A DNA stretch of 52,543 nucleotides from Hydrolagus affinis (lineage: Eukaryota). Positions within the stretch are counted from its first letter, which is position 1; every line of letters begins with the position of its first letter. Below the pieces are notes generated by a model that was not told the DNA's origin, searched no databases, and worked only from the letters and a program-made list of their open reading frames with translations. The DNA lies in contig JAAILG010002620.1 of assembly GCA_012026655.1 (NCBI GenBank), positions 1-52,543 of the forward strand, read 5' to 3'. Positions 37,917-52,000 of this stretch are shown in pieces. Made by a program: the position numbers and the translations under genes.

Positions 37917-38334
37917 ATGACCATGAGTTCGTTTTTGATAAACTCCAACTACGTTGAGCCAAAATTTCCACCTTGTGAGGAATATTCTCAAAATAACTAC
38001 ATACCAAGCCAGTCTCCAGAATACTACGAGCGGCCGCGGGACACTGGATTCCATCATGAGGCAGTATACCCACAATCAAACTACCCAGAGCCGACCTACA
38101 GCTTCAACAATGTCCAAGGCACTGGCAACCGAGACATGTCGCAAAGAGGTCATGTGCAGTCGCAGGCTAGTCTCCAAAATCACACACCGAGACAGAATCA
38201 GCTTTGTGAAGTGGTCCCAGTAGCCACACCAGCTTTGTGTAGCCAGAACGCGAAAATCCCCACTATCCAGAAAGGTACTCCCAGCAAAGAGCCTATAGTT
38301 TACCCGTGGATGAAGAAAATTCACGTTACCACCG
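37917..38334 (+). CDS. HoxA4: Homeobox protein Hox-A4, coding exon 1
   Basis: MTMSSFLINSNYVEPKFPPCEEYSQ...KEPIVYPWMKKIHV; donor G|GTAAGT 38334/38335. Confidence 0.96.
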
Positions 38335-38420
38335 GTAAGTAACTAAAAGCTGACTGAAGCAATTCAAAATCACTCGAAATCGGATGTGCGGAACCCTTTT
38401 CTGTAACTAGCCCTTTCATG

Positions 38421-38480
38421 AGATTTACGATCACCTAACTGTTAGGTCGGTAATTACAGCGCCCATAAATTTTATTGCCC
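38421..38480. promoter_or_regulatory. HB-1-type homeodomain-binding element in the HoxA4 intron
   Basis: GATTTACGA...TAATTACAGCGCCCATAAATTTTATTGCC, the cluster conserved in Hox4 introns. Confidence 0.75.
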
Positions 38481-38686
38481 TGGATCTTGCTCCTGGCCAT
38501 GTGTCTTTGATGCTTTTCTAACCTAAAAACCCAGGGCCATTTTATTGCAGTAGATTGTTCTCCGTTGTCAGTACCCATTGAAAGAAAAAGTCTTGTCTTT
38601 TATAACCTTCATTCACGTGCATCTAATCCCATTGTCAGATTCGTGTCTGTATCTGTACTTATGCTTGGTTACTTTTTTTTGTTCAG

Positions 38687-39012
38687 TGAACCCAAATTAC
38701 ACTGGAGGGGAGCCCAAACGGTCTCGAACTGCTTACACCAGACAGCAAGTCTTAGAGCTGGAGAAGGAGTTCCATTTTAACCGTTACCTAACCAGGCGTC
38801 GACGCATTGAGATTGCACATACTCTTTGCCTGTCTGAACGCCAGGTGAAGATCTGGTTTCAGAACAGAAGGATGAAATGGAAGAAAGATCACAAACTACC
38901 TAACACTAAGATGCGTTCTGCTAGCTCATCATCTTCTACCAGCCAGCAATCACAAGTATCCTCTCATGGCCCTCAGCCAGATGGTTCAACACCAAATTCA
39001 TCAAGTCTATAG
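38687..39012 (+). CDS. HoxA4: Homeobox protein Hox-A4, coding exon 2 (homeodomain); spliced product 247 aa
   Basis: Acceptor TTTTGTTCAG| 38686; (V)[28 protein letters not shown]...[36 protein letters not shown]; stop TAG ends 39012. Confidence 0.96.
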
Positions 39013-41635
39013 CTGATTCAAGTCACCAACCCCTCTCTCACAACATAGTTTGGACCAAAATGTGTTTGCTGCATAACAAACTTGAATATGGAGCGATTTC
39101 GTGCAGGGTACATGTTGTTAACTCCAAAAGAGACAAACATTTTTATTATGTTAACCCATTCTTTACAGACTCTCAGAGCCTTTCTGTGTGATTGGGTACA
39201 TGTTGTATCCTCCATTACCTCACAGTAACCGTTGTTGGGTTTTGTCAATGTGCTTTCCTCCTCCATAAAACCCAAAGCAAAATGAGCAACAGACATTGAA
39301 TAATAGATATTGTGAGGAACTGTAAGCGTCATTATTTCAACTCGTGTAGTCTGTTGGAATATCTTGTAAGGTCTGTAAGAATAAATCTGTTTTAGTAAGC
39401 GAGGGAGACAGCAATATGATTTTGTGAATATCGGAATGGTGTTAGACCGAATGAAACTGTCCAAATGCTACATATAAAGAAATAAATTATGTCACCGGCG
39501 TTATTTAAGGTGTTTTTTTTAATTATTATTTTATACATGTATCCTCCATAGAGTTATGGTACCGGAATCAGTATAGCAAATGTTCAAGGAGAGATTTCAG
39601 GCGAGTTGTATATTTAACAATCTTGGTACAGTCCAAACTGTGACGAAACCATACAAATCATTGGTAAGGTTTGTGTATATTTCTGTGGATATTTCAGTGT
39701 ACTATGTGCAGTGCCAAATGTTGCAAAAGCAAAATACATGAGCTGCAGTGTAAAAGAAAGCCCGTGAATTTAAATAAAATGTTAATTCAAGGAACATCAC
39801 AGTTCTTATGTGTACGATTTACTTCGTGTCAGGATTTCACAAAAACAGTGATGTCTTCTACTCCAAAACGTGACTATGCATTTCAATGCATTATATTTTT
39901 GTTTATATTTTATTTTCAAAATAAAAGCAGCTCTAAAATTCGGCTGCAACATATCTTGCGTGATTCTGAAGAATAAATGGGTGAAAGAGGATGAGTTACT
40001 GCCTGGATCCACAATTCGTCTTTTGCAGCTTTCTACATCAATTTCTACGTCACCAAGTCGTAAATAATGCAGTAAAATGTGAAGCGATTAAATAATAAGT
40101 GATCTATGTGGTGAAGAGCACAGCCTTTTATAGCCCCGAATGTTATATTTGCAATCCTAGAATACAGTATAATTGTCTTGCTTTCCTATGTAGATAATCG
40201 TTGTATCCTGTTGTGTTTTCTCACACAATCAAACATTTAGAGTAGTGATGACTTTCAAATAAAAAGATACACAAAATCAAGAACTTGGATCATCTTGCCT
40301 TTTATTGCTCATATATAGATTGTCATATAATATCTTAAATATATTGTCATATATATATAATATATCCAGATTAAATATACTACCAATTATACTACCAATA
40401 TATGCCAGTAATTGATTTTTTTTAGGACTATCTAAATACACTGACTAACGCGGTTAAAATGTGGAGTCGGCAATTGAACAAATAAAATGACTAAATATAA
40501 GATTTGAGCGTATGTCTTCCAGGTATATTGGGTTTGAAAATTCTGTTTTGGACAGATATATAATCTACAAAACTCGACAAATAGTAGGAATCCGAAAACA
40601 ATTCTAAGGATTTATTTATAACAAGCAATACCTTTTCTACTAAACCATCTTATCGATTTCGATATGTCTGTATGTCGTATCTACCGATTAAAAACGCAAA
40701 ACAACAAGATTCGTTCAAACCTTTCCCTTTCATCTCCAAATAATCCAGTTAAGAAAAAGAAGAAACATAGTTCAATGTACAGAGCACATAGTTGTTTCAG
40801 TGCTGGGAAAATCTCACTCCTTTTATTCAATATAATGGGTGTATTTTGTTTTCTTCTATATACTATTTTAGAAACGTGAACATTCGGAAATCTTGCCACA
40901 ATTTTCACATGCATTTCAATCAAATCGTTGTGTAATAATGTTAGTGAAATAGACTCACGTTCCACTTTCCAATCTTTTGGGGAGGACAAAAGTCGACGAA
41001 AATGCAAGGAATGATTTGTTTTTCTACAAATGCCATAGAAGAATCGAGTCTAATCGTTATCAGCCACTTTATATATATGTTCTGTAAAATTGCTTTAACG
41101 CGATTGCAAATAACCATTTAAAGGTTAGGACGATGATAAAATGTAGCTCCACTAGGCAGCCGTGGTTTGCTTATCTGTAAAAGGCATTTTAAACCGATTG
41201 AAAATACCAGATTTTACCCAGAATCATTAATCACCTCATTCAATAAATACTTCTTTGTATACTTCAACAGCAAGTCTGAAGGGCGTTCTTTTGGAAAAGT
41301 GTGTGTGGACACACTGGATTCTCCTGAATAAAATGTGGCCATCTCGTCTCACACCATGCGTTTATCTTGGAACAGTTCTGCAGGTTCTGGGTGGACTATG
41401 TTCATTACTGCGCATATTGTCAAAGACAAAAGGTAAATTACAGTATTTATAAACGCCTATTTTGTGTTTTAAAAAATGGTCGAGTCTATAGCAAATTAAG
41501 TCAAACTGTTTGCGTTACCCCTTGTGTGTTTCCGTCTGATGCATTTTTAAAGTGTTTTTTTCTCTCTTGTAAATTGAACGTCCTTTTTTGCAATAAGAAG
41601 TTTCATTGTTTGTCAACGGCGAGGGCAATCAGATG

Positions 41636-41652
41636 AGTTCACCAAGAGGACA
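41636..41652 (+). promoter_or_regulatory. HoxA4 3' DR5 retinoic acid response element
   Basis: AGTTCA-ccaag-AGGACA; same type as the 3' neural-enhancer RARE of Hox4 genes (RGTTCA-n5-AGGACA). Confidence 0.75.
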
Positions 41653-41829
41653 AATTTTCTGACCGATTAGCTGTTTTTAGCGTTGCAGACTGACCCCTCA
41701 AACCCTTGACCTTTAAAAAGATGGACAATCTTCTTTCTTCCATTTCCTAGGCCTTTAGCTCGGGGAAGAAAACACTACCTTAGAAAAAAAAGTAGAAAAA
41801 ATGTTCTTTTAACGTATTGCATTCCCTGC

Positions 41830-41860
41830 AGAGAGAGCGAAAGAGAGAGAGAGAGAGAGA
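41830..41860. repeat. (AG)n microsatellite
   Basis: agagagagcgaaagagagagagagagagaga. Confidence 0.85.
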
Positions 41861-42979
41861 TGTGGGGAATAGTATATATATTTTACGGTGTAGCATGTAT
41901 TGGTGGAAGGAGCACCCGCTGATAATTTATTCACAGGCTAGGGAATCTATTTGAACATGGTTTTGTATGTGGTAAGAAACATTAAATGTTTGGGTTAATT
42001 TCTCTTCATAAAGTTAATCGGTCGTTACGATTTTTTTAAAAAAAGGATCAAATCACTCACTTTTACTCTGTGATAATTTCACCTTATTTTTTGGTGTGAG
42101 GTGGGTGGGGGGGGTCGGGGGGGGGAGGGGGGGAGGGGGGTTGGGGGAAGGGGGGCTCTATTGTTCTGATTTTTGAAAAGAGGAATAAAATGTATTCCTT
42201 GCATCAAACACATGCTATTTCTGTTTCATATATATACATGTAAAAGCATATATATTTACAGATCAGTAATCTATTCATATAGTATGTGCATAGATTAGTG
42301 GCCATAGTCAATATACTATTTCAATTTCCAGATTTCTTTTGTAGATTAAAATGCAGAAAAGCGAATGTAGGTCTACCGTTTCACTAACCTTTAAAAACCC
42401 TAATTCGATAGAGTTCGTAAAACTGATGAAAAAAAACTCGCCAAAATCCCACTAACTATTCAGTTAATGGACAATATTTTCCAATCAGTTGACTGCACAA
42501 TACAGTGTTGTTTGCCATTGTTAACAGAATTTGTCTATGCAATATGGTAATTGTGGACTCCCCAAAACAAGATAGAAAAACTCTTTGAAAATTTGTACAA
42601 TATAATAAAATATCGACTGTGGCAAAGCGTCGATTTAGTGTCAATTTCAGCAACCTTGCGGGGTTGCAGCCATACATGAAAGAATAGCTTTACTTGTAAC
42701 TGTTATATATGGGAATTACTGTAACATTGAGGTTCAATATCAAAACTGTCAAACAGACAATAAAGACAAGCTTGAAGAAATACACAAGAATATTGGGCTG
42801 AGGCAGCTGGAACTATAGGTGACATCCATGGCAGCCCTGTCAAATATGGGATCAGCAGCACTGGCCAGCCAGTCACTTTTGCAATATCACTTACCAGCGA
42901 GCATCCACAGACTAAAAACAAAGTAAGACCAATAAAGATTCGAGCAAGAAGAGACGAAAAAAAACCCTCCACTCTCCCA

Positions 42980-43219
42980 AGATAAGGGGGTCACGCGTCT
43001 CCTCTGTGTATGTATTGAAATTTTAATCTCCCCAGTCACGTGACTCATTAAATAATTAATGCAGTCGGTCCGGAATAGATATGTAGTCGTCAGTATTCGC
43101 ACTAGATCTGTTTCAGTCTGATGTGAAAATGAACTTTCCTTAAAAAATAAGTCTATAATTGGAAGACAGGTGTTCTTAGAAAGAGGAGAGACACAAGTCA
43201 GGCAAGAATTGTGGTGAGT
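42980..43219 (+). promoter_or_regulatory. Probable distal HoxA3 promoter and first non-coding exon
   Basis: GTCACGCG, palindrome AGTCACGTGACT 43034-43045 followed by CATTAAATAATTAATG (recalled from Hox3 distal promoters); donor GTG|GTGAGT 43213/43214; HoxA3 coding exons are not in the window. Confidence 0.6.
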
Positions 43220-46200
43220 AGTCCCTGTGTGATCCGCGCTTTATGCTGTTTATGTTTTTTTTACCATTTTTTTATTTCTAAAGACTGTCATAAATGTGAT
43301 GAATAGCGCCCTTTAGTATTCAGATCTAAATCACGGCATGTCTGTGATGGTGTTTAGTCAGTCTCTCGCGTGTCAGTAATATTTTAGATTTTTTTCATGA
43401 TTAATTGCAACAAATACAAACACATATGATGATGTTCTAGTTCACAGTATGTATGCCTGGATACCACGGTGTAGCTGTGCTGCTTTGTTCAATTTTCCTG
43501 TCGTTAATAAATCACCATCTCTTACATGCGCAGGACTGAGAGGCAACTATAGGCAACACCGTTTGGAAATGAAGAGGCATAAACTAAATTCCTCTATGAT
43601 TCATTAATTTGAGCGATTTACAATAAGTGGCAGAGTTATGGTGCTCCAACAAATGCACTAACAGGTGTAATTTCGAGCGAAGTGCTGCACTTATTCTGAC
43701 CATGTCCTCCCTTCCCTTGTGCGTGAAAATAGTGTAACAATGAAATGGACAATGCAAACAAGACGAGAGACGTTCCCAGAAACGTTTGTCTTTATTGTGT
43801 TTTACTAGAAATTTCCGGCCCTCTGTGTTGTCCAAATACCTACTTAATACGTTACTAGTATAAGCACCGAATACATTTGGAACCAGTTTACTCTCATAAA
43901 AAGTTACATTTGCTCAATGCAATCATCGTGGTTTTATTCAAGAGATACATTTGGTGTTCTTACCTCGTGGTTGTATATCTAGAGAATGTGTATTGTTTGT
44001 GCTGATAATTAAATACTGCTCGCAATATTTACAATAAAAGCTCGTTAGTAAAAGCACATAGTCCTTAATTAAATGTCTCGTCGCTCTAGTCAAGTACGTT
44101 TTATTGTTTGTAGTATTGTATGATCAATCAAAACAGGTTGATGGCCATGGAATAAGGAGCTGCCACAATGGTTTCAGATTCCGGTCTGGCGTTCCTTAAA
44201 AAGCTTGCAATTGAAATCATCTCCTAGAATAAAACAAGACAAATACATTAAATAGTTACGATCAAGCAATCGATTATTATTGTATCAGTTTTCATGGCAA
44301 ACCATGTATTTTTGTTTCCATCTAGGCGCCCCTGTGTCCAGAAACAAGACTGCTTCCTGGATAGTGTGACAGGGCACGGGAATGAGCTTGAGCCCGAGCT
44401 GGAGAGGTAACAATATTTAGATTTTGCTTGCAATATGGGAATAGGATGCTTGATTTCAGATGTTTCCTTTATATGGTGTAACAGGTGGCTTTGAGCTGCT
44501 GTTCGTCAGAAACATGGATCACTAATGAAAATGTAGTTGCTTTTTGCAGCTCTGTTATAGGATGAGAGGTTACATGCACTAGGCAGACCGTATTCCCTCC
44601 ATGCTAAAATGTATTGCCCAGTTGTAAAAGGTAGTCATGGAGCCATTTCAGAGTGTCAATTCGGTGGTGATTTAAAGGAACAAAAGCCTCGGGTACTTCC
44701 TTTGTTTGGAGTTCACAGCAACCTCCAAGAATCCACTGGAGATACAAACATACAGCTTGATTTGCTTTAATTAAGATTGTAATAATTAACTATTTTTGGA
44801 AACGAAGAGTCGCTTTAGTTGCACCAGTATCGAGTTATACGTTTGACTCATAACTCAGTATAAATTTGAACGCTATTAAAAAGATTGACAGAAATCCTGC
44901 AAGGCAAAAAAAAAAATCCACGTTAGTTATTTCTTTAGATTGCCAGGTTTACGCATACCAACATTTCATGGCTGATACTCCACTTATTGCTGTATAGTAA
45001 ATGCAAATTATTTCAAGGGATTGTATCTCAGTGTCTGATTTTATACAGTACTGTGAAGATAGTGTTATGAATCTATTTTGAATTAATGGATAGCACGCGG
45101 ATCCTCGGCTACCGCTGTATGTTGAAAATGTCTGAATTCCTTTTTTTTAGGAAATCGAGTTAAAATTAAACAGGGTTTCTTTGTTTTTTGTGTGAAACTA
45201 GTGATGAAAATAGAAATAAGAGTGGTGCATGCAAGCCATTTCCGTGTTATCTGGTCTAAAATAAATCTAGATCTGTCCATTCTGATTTACGTATTCGTTA
45301 CACACAATAAACTATAAAATATTTGGAAGCTTTTTAACTCGGGTCATTGGAAATGCCGTAGAAATAGAATCTCGGCGTGTGGTGTATTTTATAGCGTGTA
45401 AAGCAAGAGTCATATTTTTATCTGCAACAAATAGGGAAAAATATCTAATTGAAAAAAAGAGGGGAAGGATATTTCACAAGTAGGTTAAAGACGAGGAAAC
45501 GACTAAGAGACGAAAATGGGATTAGCAGATGAAACGGTACAAAGCACCTTTAATCCGCCCACGACTCCATAAACAATGTGTTTGACAATGCAAACGTTAG
45601 AGGTATATTTTGCCTGTAGCAAGCAGGAATGAATGAAGGCGATGGGCTTTGCAAGTCTCAGCGTGATAAGAAAACTCAAATTTTCTGGGTTAATTTAAAG
45701 TACCGTTTGATAACTGGAGTCGTTTTACTGCTTAGAATGGGCAGGGCAATAAATTACTCTACTTTAATGCTTTGTTGTGATGGGTTTGTCAATTACACCC
45801 GCATGCAGAAATATCTGTTTCTACAAGGGGCACGCTTAAAATACAAAACAAAAAAAAGATTTAACGGGCTTTTTTGTTAAAAAGAAGAAAATACTTGCAG
45901 ATATCTTTATCTTAAAGATTATAATGTTTATGTTGAAATAAAATTATTTAATCGCGGCGATTGCTTTGCCTAACGATTTCCAGTGCTCCAACCAGGCCAC
46001 CCTATTCTCGTCAGATCAGCGCCTAATGTTTTATCCAATTATGTCCCTGCATTTTATTTATCAGTTTCAGAGACCAATGTTATCATTTTAAGGGTTTGTT
46101 TATTCAAAGTAGGCAAAGGAAACGAATTTTATTGAACTACGTGTATGCACCAACATAGTTTCACATCTTTTGAATGTAAGTCTACTTTCTACCCATAATT

Positions 46201-48879
46201 TTATACTTGGTATATGTTAATATCAGAATTTGGTTTAACTAAATAAATATATTAAAAAAAGGCAGAAGTAAAATAAAAGCGAGTGGCAGTGAGGACTGTT
46301 CAGATTGTATGTACTCTGCCCACGGCTTCAGGCTTACCTTACCAATCCACTGAGACTTACCACAGAAACTTTATTGTTCGTGACTAATAACCAGGATTTG
46401 ATCCAGATTCTGCAAACAATTATTTTAAGTCACGTGAACGGATTCCATAAGGTTTTTTCCCCCTCGATTTGGCCCTGCGTGTTTGCTGGACATTCACTGT
46501 CTCCTTCTCTTGAATACATAGTTCTCATAGTAAATCAGTATCTCAGACTTCTGCAGAAACCTACCAGGGAAAACATTGCAGCATTTGCAAGACGGCGAGT
46601 CAGTTCGAAAGAATTGGCCTTCATTTTTCGGCTTCCTTGATTTGAAAAGGCATTGAAAGCCTGCAAGGAAAAACTGCCTCGAGTAAACACAAAGCCAAAG
46701 ATTTTAAGGAGTCGAATAGTCTGAAGACTGCAGATACTTTACAGTGAATTGAAAGTTTACGCCCTTTAAAGTAGATTCTTAATATCACAACAATTTTATC
46801 TATCCTTTGATACTGCGTTCGGATATGGCTGAAGTAGCAGGTAAGGTGTAAGACTTCTTTTTAGCTCTGTCTATGTGCACTCAGGGTGAATTCCAGTCCA
46901 GATTGTAATTAATGGTGCAAAACTTGACCTAAGGAAAGGAAAGCCATTGGTTATCTCTGAACCGATAGCCCCATTCCTCGCAATCCTCTTTTCTAATGCA
47001 CAAATTGAGTTGCAGTTGTGGCTTCCGATCTCTCATTGATGCATTTGGGATTTTTCACAACTTTGTTATAACATGCAAAATTCTGAAGAAATGTAACCTT
47101 TCGTTGCCAAAACACAACGAGTAGTTAAAAAGACTTTTAGCCTTGAGAAGCATCTGTGAATTGTGATGGTGATTTATTGCCCGGAAGAGTTCTGCTTGCT
47201 CAACACTGCAAGTCCTAAAGGCATGTTTTAACTTTAGACGTAGAATAGTGTATAACGCCCTGCATCCTACGTTTATTTAGATTTGCTCAATTTGTAGAAA
47301 TGTGCCTTAATCATGGGAAGTGACCATATATTTCAAATAGTTTTAGTGTGAAAACTTCACTTAGGTCCTCTTCACAGCTGCCATCAATTATTCATTAACG
47401 TTTTACGTTGTTGGTGGAAAGTTAAGCTACGGCTTTAGTGAAAGAGCAAGGCATGGATTTTGTTCACCGAGCAAAGATCGTGGAGTGCGTGAAAATCTTT
47501 ATTCTGTCTTCCAACAATGAGAGACCAATCAATACAGTCTCCTAAATTCTGCACAGTGAGGTTTGATGCTACAGTAAAATCGTTAGTTTAGCTCATTCCG
47601 CCCGCAATCCTTTGTGAATCAGAAATGGAAGAGGGGAAGGTTCTAAATAAGTTTTAATATGTACAGTTCCCTCAGTGTGGAACATGAAAATCATCCCATG
47701 ATTAACTCTGGAGCAAATTACTGCTTACGTGGCGGAATAATTTGCTTCATTCCTTCTTTGAAAAAATAAGTATTTATACTGTGTAAAATAGAGCACAATA
47801 AAGAATCTATGGGCAATTTGTTATATGATGGACAAACAAGAAAGTAAAATTAACTGGTTTGAGATAGTAAATATTACTACGAGGAGTTTAGGAGAAAGGG
47901 GTGCAGAACAAAATAGAAACAAACGTGCGATATTACGTTCATGATACCTGCAAATGGATTTTAAAACTAAATTAAAATTAAGAACTTCGTGTGTTCAGAA
48001 TAGAAATACATCAGTTATTGTTCTCTAGAATGACATGCTTTGAAAACTTTAGTTGAACAAATATGAAGTTCTAGATGTATTTTGTTTCCTATATCTCTGT
48101 GAGTTGTTCCTCTTCCAAACTTTTATTAATACGAGTTGCACAAAATAAATGTTAAAATCCCCTCTCTGTTGGACTCGCTTCAATTCCATTAATGCACATT
48201 GGCTACTTTGTCCTAATGTGTCCAAATCACAAGTACAATCTTGCATCTAACCTCTTTCAAAGTTTCTCCACAAGAAACCAATAATTCTGTGCATCATTCA
48301 ATTGGTAGGAAACGCGTAAGCACACATTTCGCATGAGAGTCCCTATAGACACGTTTTGCGATTCCAGTAGAAAAAAAAACTCAGAACCCTCAAATCGCTG
48401 TCAAGTCCACTCCTCACCTCGCATTATACTGACTAAACCCCACTAAAGCCTTGCGTGACACTGCTTTGCCATTGTCAGGTAATGATAAGCCTTTTCTACT
48501 TTCCATAACTATCCCGGTGTAACGTGTGGGTGTTAAGCAAGCTGTGTACAATAGCGCTCTAAAGCACGCTCAGTTAAAGGAGATTCGCGTGCAATCTTAA
48601 CCACTGTGGCCCCCCTGCTTGTCCGGCAGTTTTTTTGCTCGAAAATGTGAAGTGCTTCACCTTTTTATAGGTCGATTTAAACTCCTGCTTCTGGGTTTAG
48701 TGCTTTGCAAACAGTTATTGATCTGTGCCAAGTAGTTCAGTCTACAGACTCCGGATAGAGGTCTTTGACAGGAGAAACAGACGACACAACTTACCTTATG
48801 GTGGATTTTCTGCAAAGAATTATCGCGGAGGAACGACCTGCTTCATCGCTAAACTGAGCCTAAGAAACTTCCTAGGTTT

Positions 48880-49020
48880 GGAGGGGGGGAAAAAAGTTAG
48901 GTTTCGCCCGAAAAAAAATGTTCCTTTAATTATTTCCCAAATTCAAATAAAAGGATTTAAGTTGACGTATGACCACGTGAGCACATAATACAGCGCATTA
49001 TTGTGGCATTTGGATGGGAG
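48880..49020. promoter_or_regulatory. E-box-containing element in the HoxA4-HoxA3 interval, candidate antisense promoter
   Basis: TTGACGTA, TGACCACGTGA (CACGTG 48974-48979); perfect minus-strand donor AAG|GTAAGT at 48795/48794. Confidence 0.4.
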
Positions 49021-52000
49021 ACCTATGCTGGCTTCGGCAGTGATTATACGCTTTTCCACTTTCTGTTAAGAGCCAGCTATTTTCTTCTGAAGAAATTGCA
49101 CTCTGGACGCTGGATTTCACATGAAGGATTATATGCGAGCGGGGAGATATGCTGCTTTTAGCGGAATGGATTTTATTTTGAGGTATTTCAAATGCTTCCG
49201 TTGATTGTTCATTAATGCGGTGAGTTATTGCTGTTCAAGGCAAAGGTCAGTGGAAAGGCTTACGGGTGTCAGATTGTGCCAGAACATGCTTAGTTTCCTC
49301 TTCTGTGCTAGCTTCAGCATATAATCAATTCCCAATAATACTTTCTCTTCATATCGTACACCCAAACACTTCTTTTATGGAATATTTTACGGAGCGTGTG
49401 CATGCCTTTATTCCTTAAATACCGAACCATTCCCCGTTGAAAGCCTGTCAATGGCCGCTTTCTATCCGGATCCGTGCAAACAAAACATCGTATTTTTAGC
49501 ACACAGGATTCAAAAATCAAGATATCTGGATGCAATCGCCGTTATAATAACGACTGCTGTACCACATGAACATAAATGGACACACATACATTCCGACAAT
49601 TTATTCATTATGGAGCCATTGAAAGATTGTTCGTCCATTTTAGAAATCCTATGAGCTAGTTTGTAATTTGTGCTACAGCATTATCTGTGGAACTAGGTTA
49701 TTGTGCGGTTAGTTACTCTGTGTAAAGATATTGGAATCTGAATGAATCGTATCTTTTAATGCACGGTTGTAAAATATGTGTGACGTGAAGTGATTTTATA
49801 TAAAAAAAACTAAAGACAGTTCTTCAGGTGTTGATTTTTAAATCATTGTTGTCCAAAAATTGCCCTTTGTTCAACCTTTCTATCGTAGCATCTGATTAAT
49901 GTAAGACATAAGGCAGGCCGAATCGGGAATTATTTACTAGCAGGCCATCATTGCTTTGGAATATTGATTGCCTTGAGAATTCAACGAAATAAATTAAAAG
50001 GTGATACAACCCGAAGCAAACTGCCATTACTTTTTTTAAAAAAATACAAAAATAGAAAGCGTGCGCGATGAATAAACAGGCAGGAAAAGCTCGTTATGTT
50101 ATGTTGTCGGTGCAAATGTTATATAAAATTGCATCCACGAGTGGGTCCTGCTCAGGAAAGGTCAGGATGTTGCGATTTGATTTATGTTTTCCGTGTGTTG
50201 GGACACCCGTGCCAATGCAATCTGCTTTAACGAATGCTATACTTCTCTTTTGTGTATAACTAACCACATTGGCAATTATTGATAGTTGCATCAGTATTTT
50301 AATGCAACCATTCTATTAACAATAAGAGATAACATGAAGGAAAAAAAATTGCAAATGAAAAAAAAGTTAATTTCTGCGTTCTATCCAGTCCTTGGCTGTA
50401 GCACCTACATCAAGGAAATATATTGGGAGAAACTCACTACTTTGAAAACTGTAGTTTGTCAAAAAATATATATCACGTGTGTGCCATTAATGTTATTGAG
50501 GTTGATCTACTTTCTCGCTAGAATTTGAAGGTTCATCCTTTATTCCAACTTTTACTATTATTCCATTCCTGAATCTTATACGCGGGGTTTTGTTCATTTC
50601 GATATATACGGAAGGCATTTTTTGCAGACGCGTTTATGATTTTTCTTGCAGTTTCGGTTTCATATTGTATCTTTTGATGTATGTCCGATTGTTAGTATAT
50701 TGTGAGGCTGTTGAACACACATAAGTATAGCAGACCCATTGCATAGTGTGTGAAAACAAGCGAAAATGAGTACACAAATACTAGGGATGATGCATAATTA
50801 ACTAAACATATTAAAAAGTACCCTATTTATGGTGGCGCACAATAAACAGATGACAAAAATGCTATTTGATACACGGATTTTCATTTAATGAGCCATTGGG
50901 TTGGGAGATTTCGTTCAATGTTTAATAAACGTCTTGGAAGATTTACATCATTGAAGAGAGAACATATTACCTTTTTAAAAAAAATACAAATATGAGTTCG
51001 GCTTATGTCCCATGTCCCTTTGTAATTCTGGTCCGCGAATTTCCGCACGAATGTCAGTTCTCCGGCGATTTTCTTTCACTCGGTGGCAATTAATCGTTTC
51101 TTGTTCCCGTTCCAGACTTTATCCCAAATAGACTCTGAACCCCGGGGCCCTTCAGTGAGACTGAACAAACTTTCGGTAAGTTTTGATATTTTCCAATAAA
51201 TAATACTGGCTACAAATCCGAAATGTAATAATTGCAAGGTGTTAGATTTGTTATCCCACGGCAGGCAGGCAGGCAGACGGGGTGCCAAAACATCTCGTAA
51301 AAACATAATAGGCGATTATGGTTAAGTCATAAGTGCGCGTTTACAGCAGTTGGGATACATAACAGCGATAAATCACACATACAAATATTACACAAGCATA
51401 CATTAGATACTGGGAAATGAACACCAGGTTGTATTATATATAGCATATTGGCTTATCCAGCAATAACAGCCTTAAAAATGGCTGGCGGAAGTGTGAAGTT
51501 TCGGCTGTGGTCTGTCATGGTATCTTTGAAATGGAAGTAAGGTTTTTTTTGCGATACAGTGTCACTTCGCACCTTGTAAAAGAATTGGCACCTATTGCTC
51601 ACATCAAACCAAACGTTTTCTCGGCTTGCTTTCTCTCCACAAAACTTCACAGCGGGCTGGAGGGCGAGTCGTCCACACCAAACACGTAAAACATTTTCTC
51701 ATCTAGTATTTTAGTTCGTTACACCTCGACATTCTTTCGGTGATTCCTAGCACCCTCTGGTAACAAGAGCTGCGCTTTCTGGTTTCTCTCCGATCGCTTC
51801 TTAACTTAAAACAAACTGAACCACAGAGAAGGGTTATCTGCCTGTCTTTTTTTTTAAAAAGAAATCCAGCATTCTTTGGCGTTAGCTTTTGTTTTGTCGT
51901 CTTCCTACGCTCTCGGAGGAAAAAAGGTTGGAATCAGCAATTGGAGGAGAGTGAAATGGTTGATCATTGACTACAAGGTACTTTTCTACAGATAAAACAT

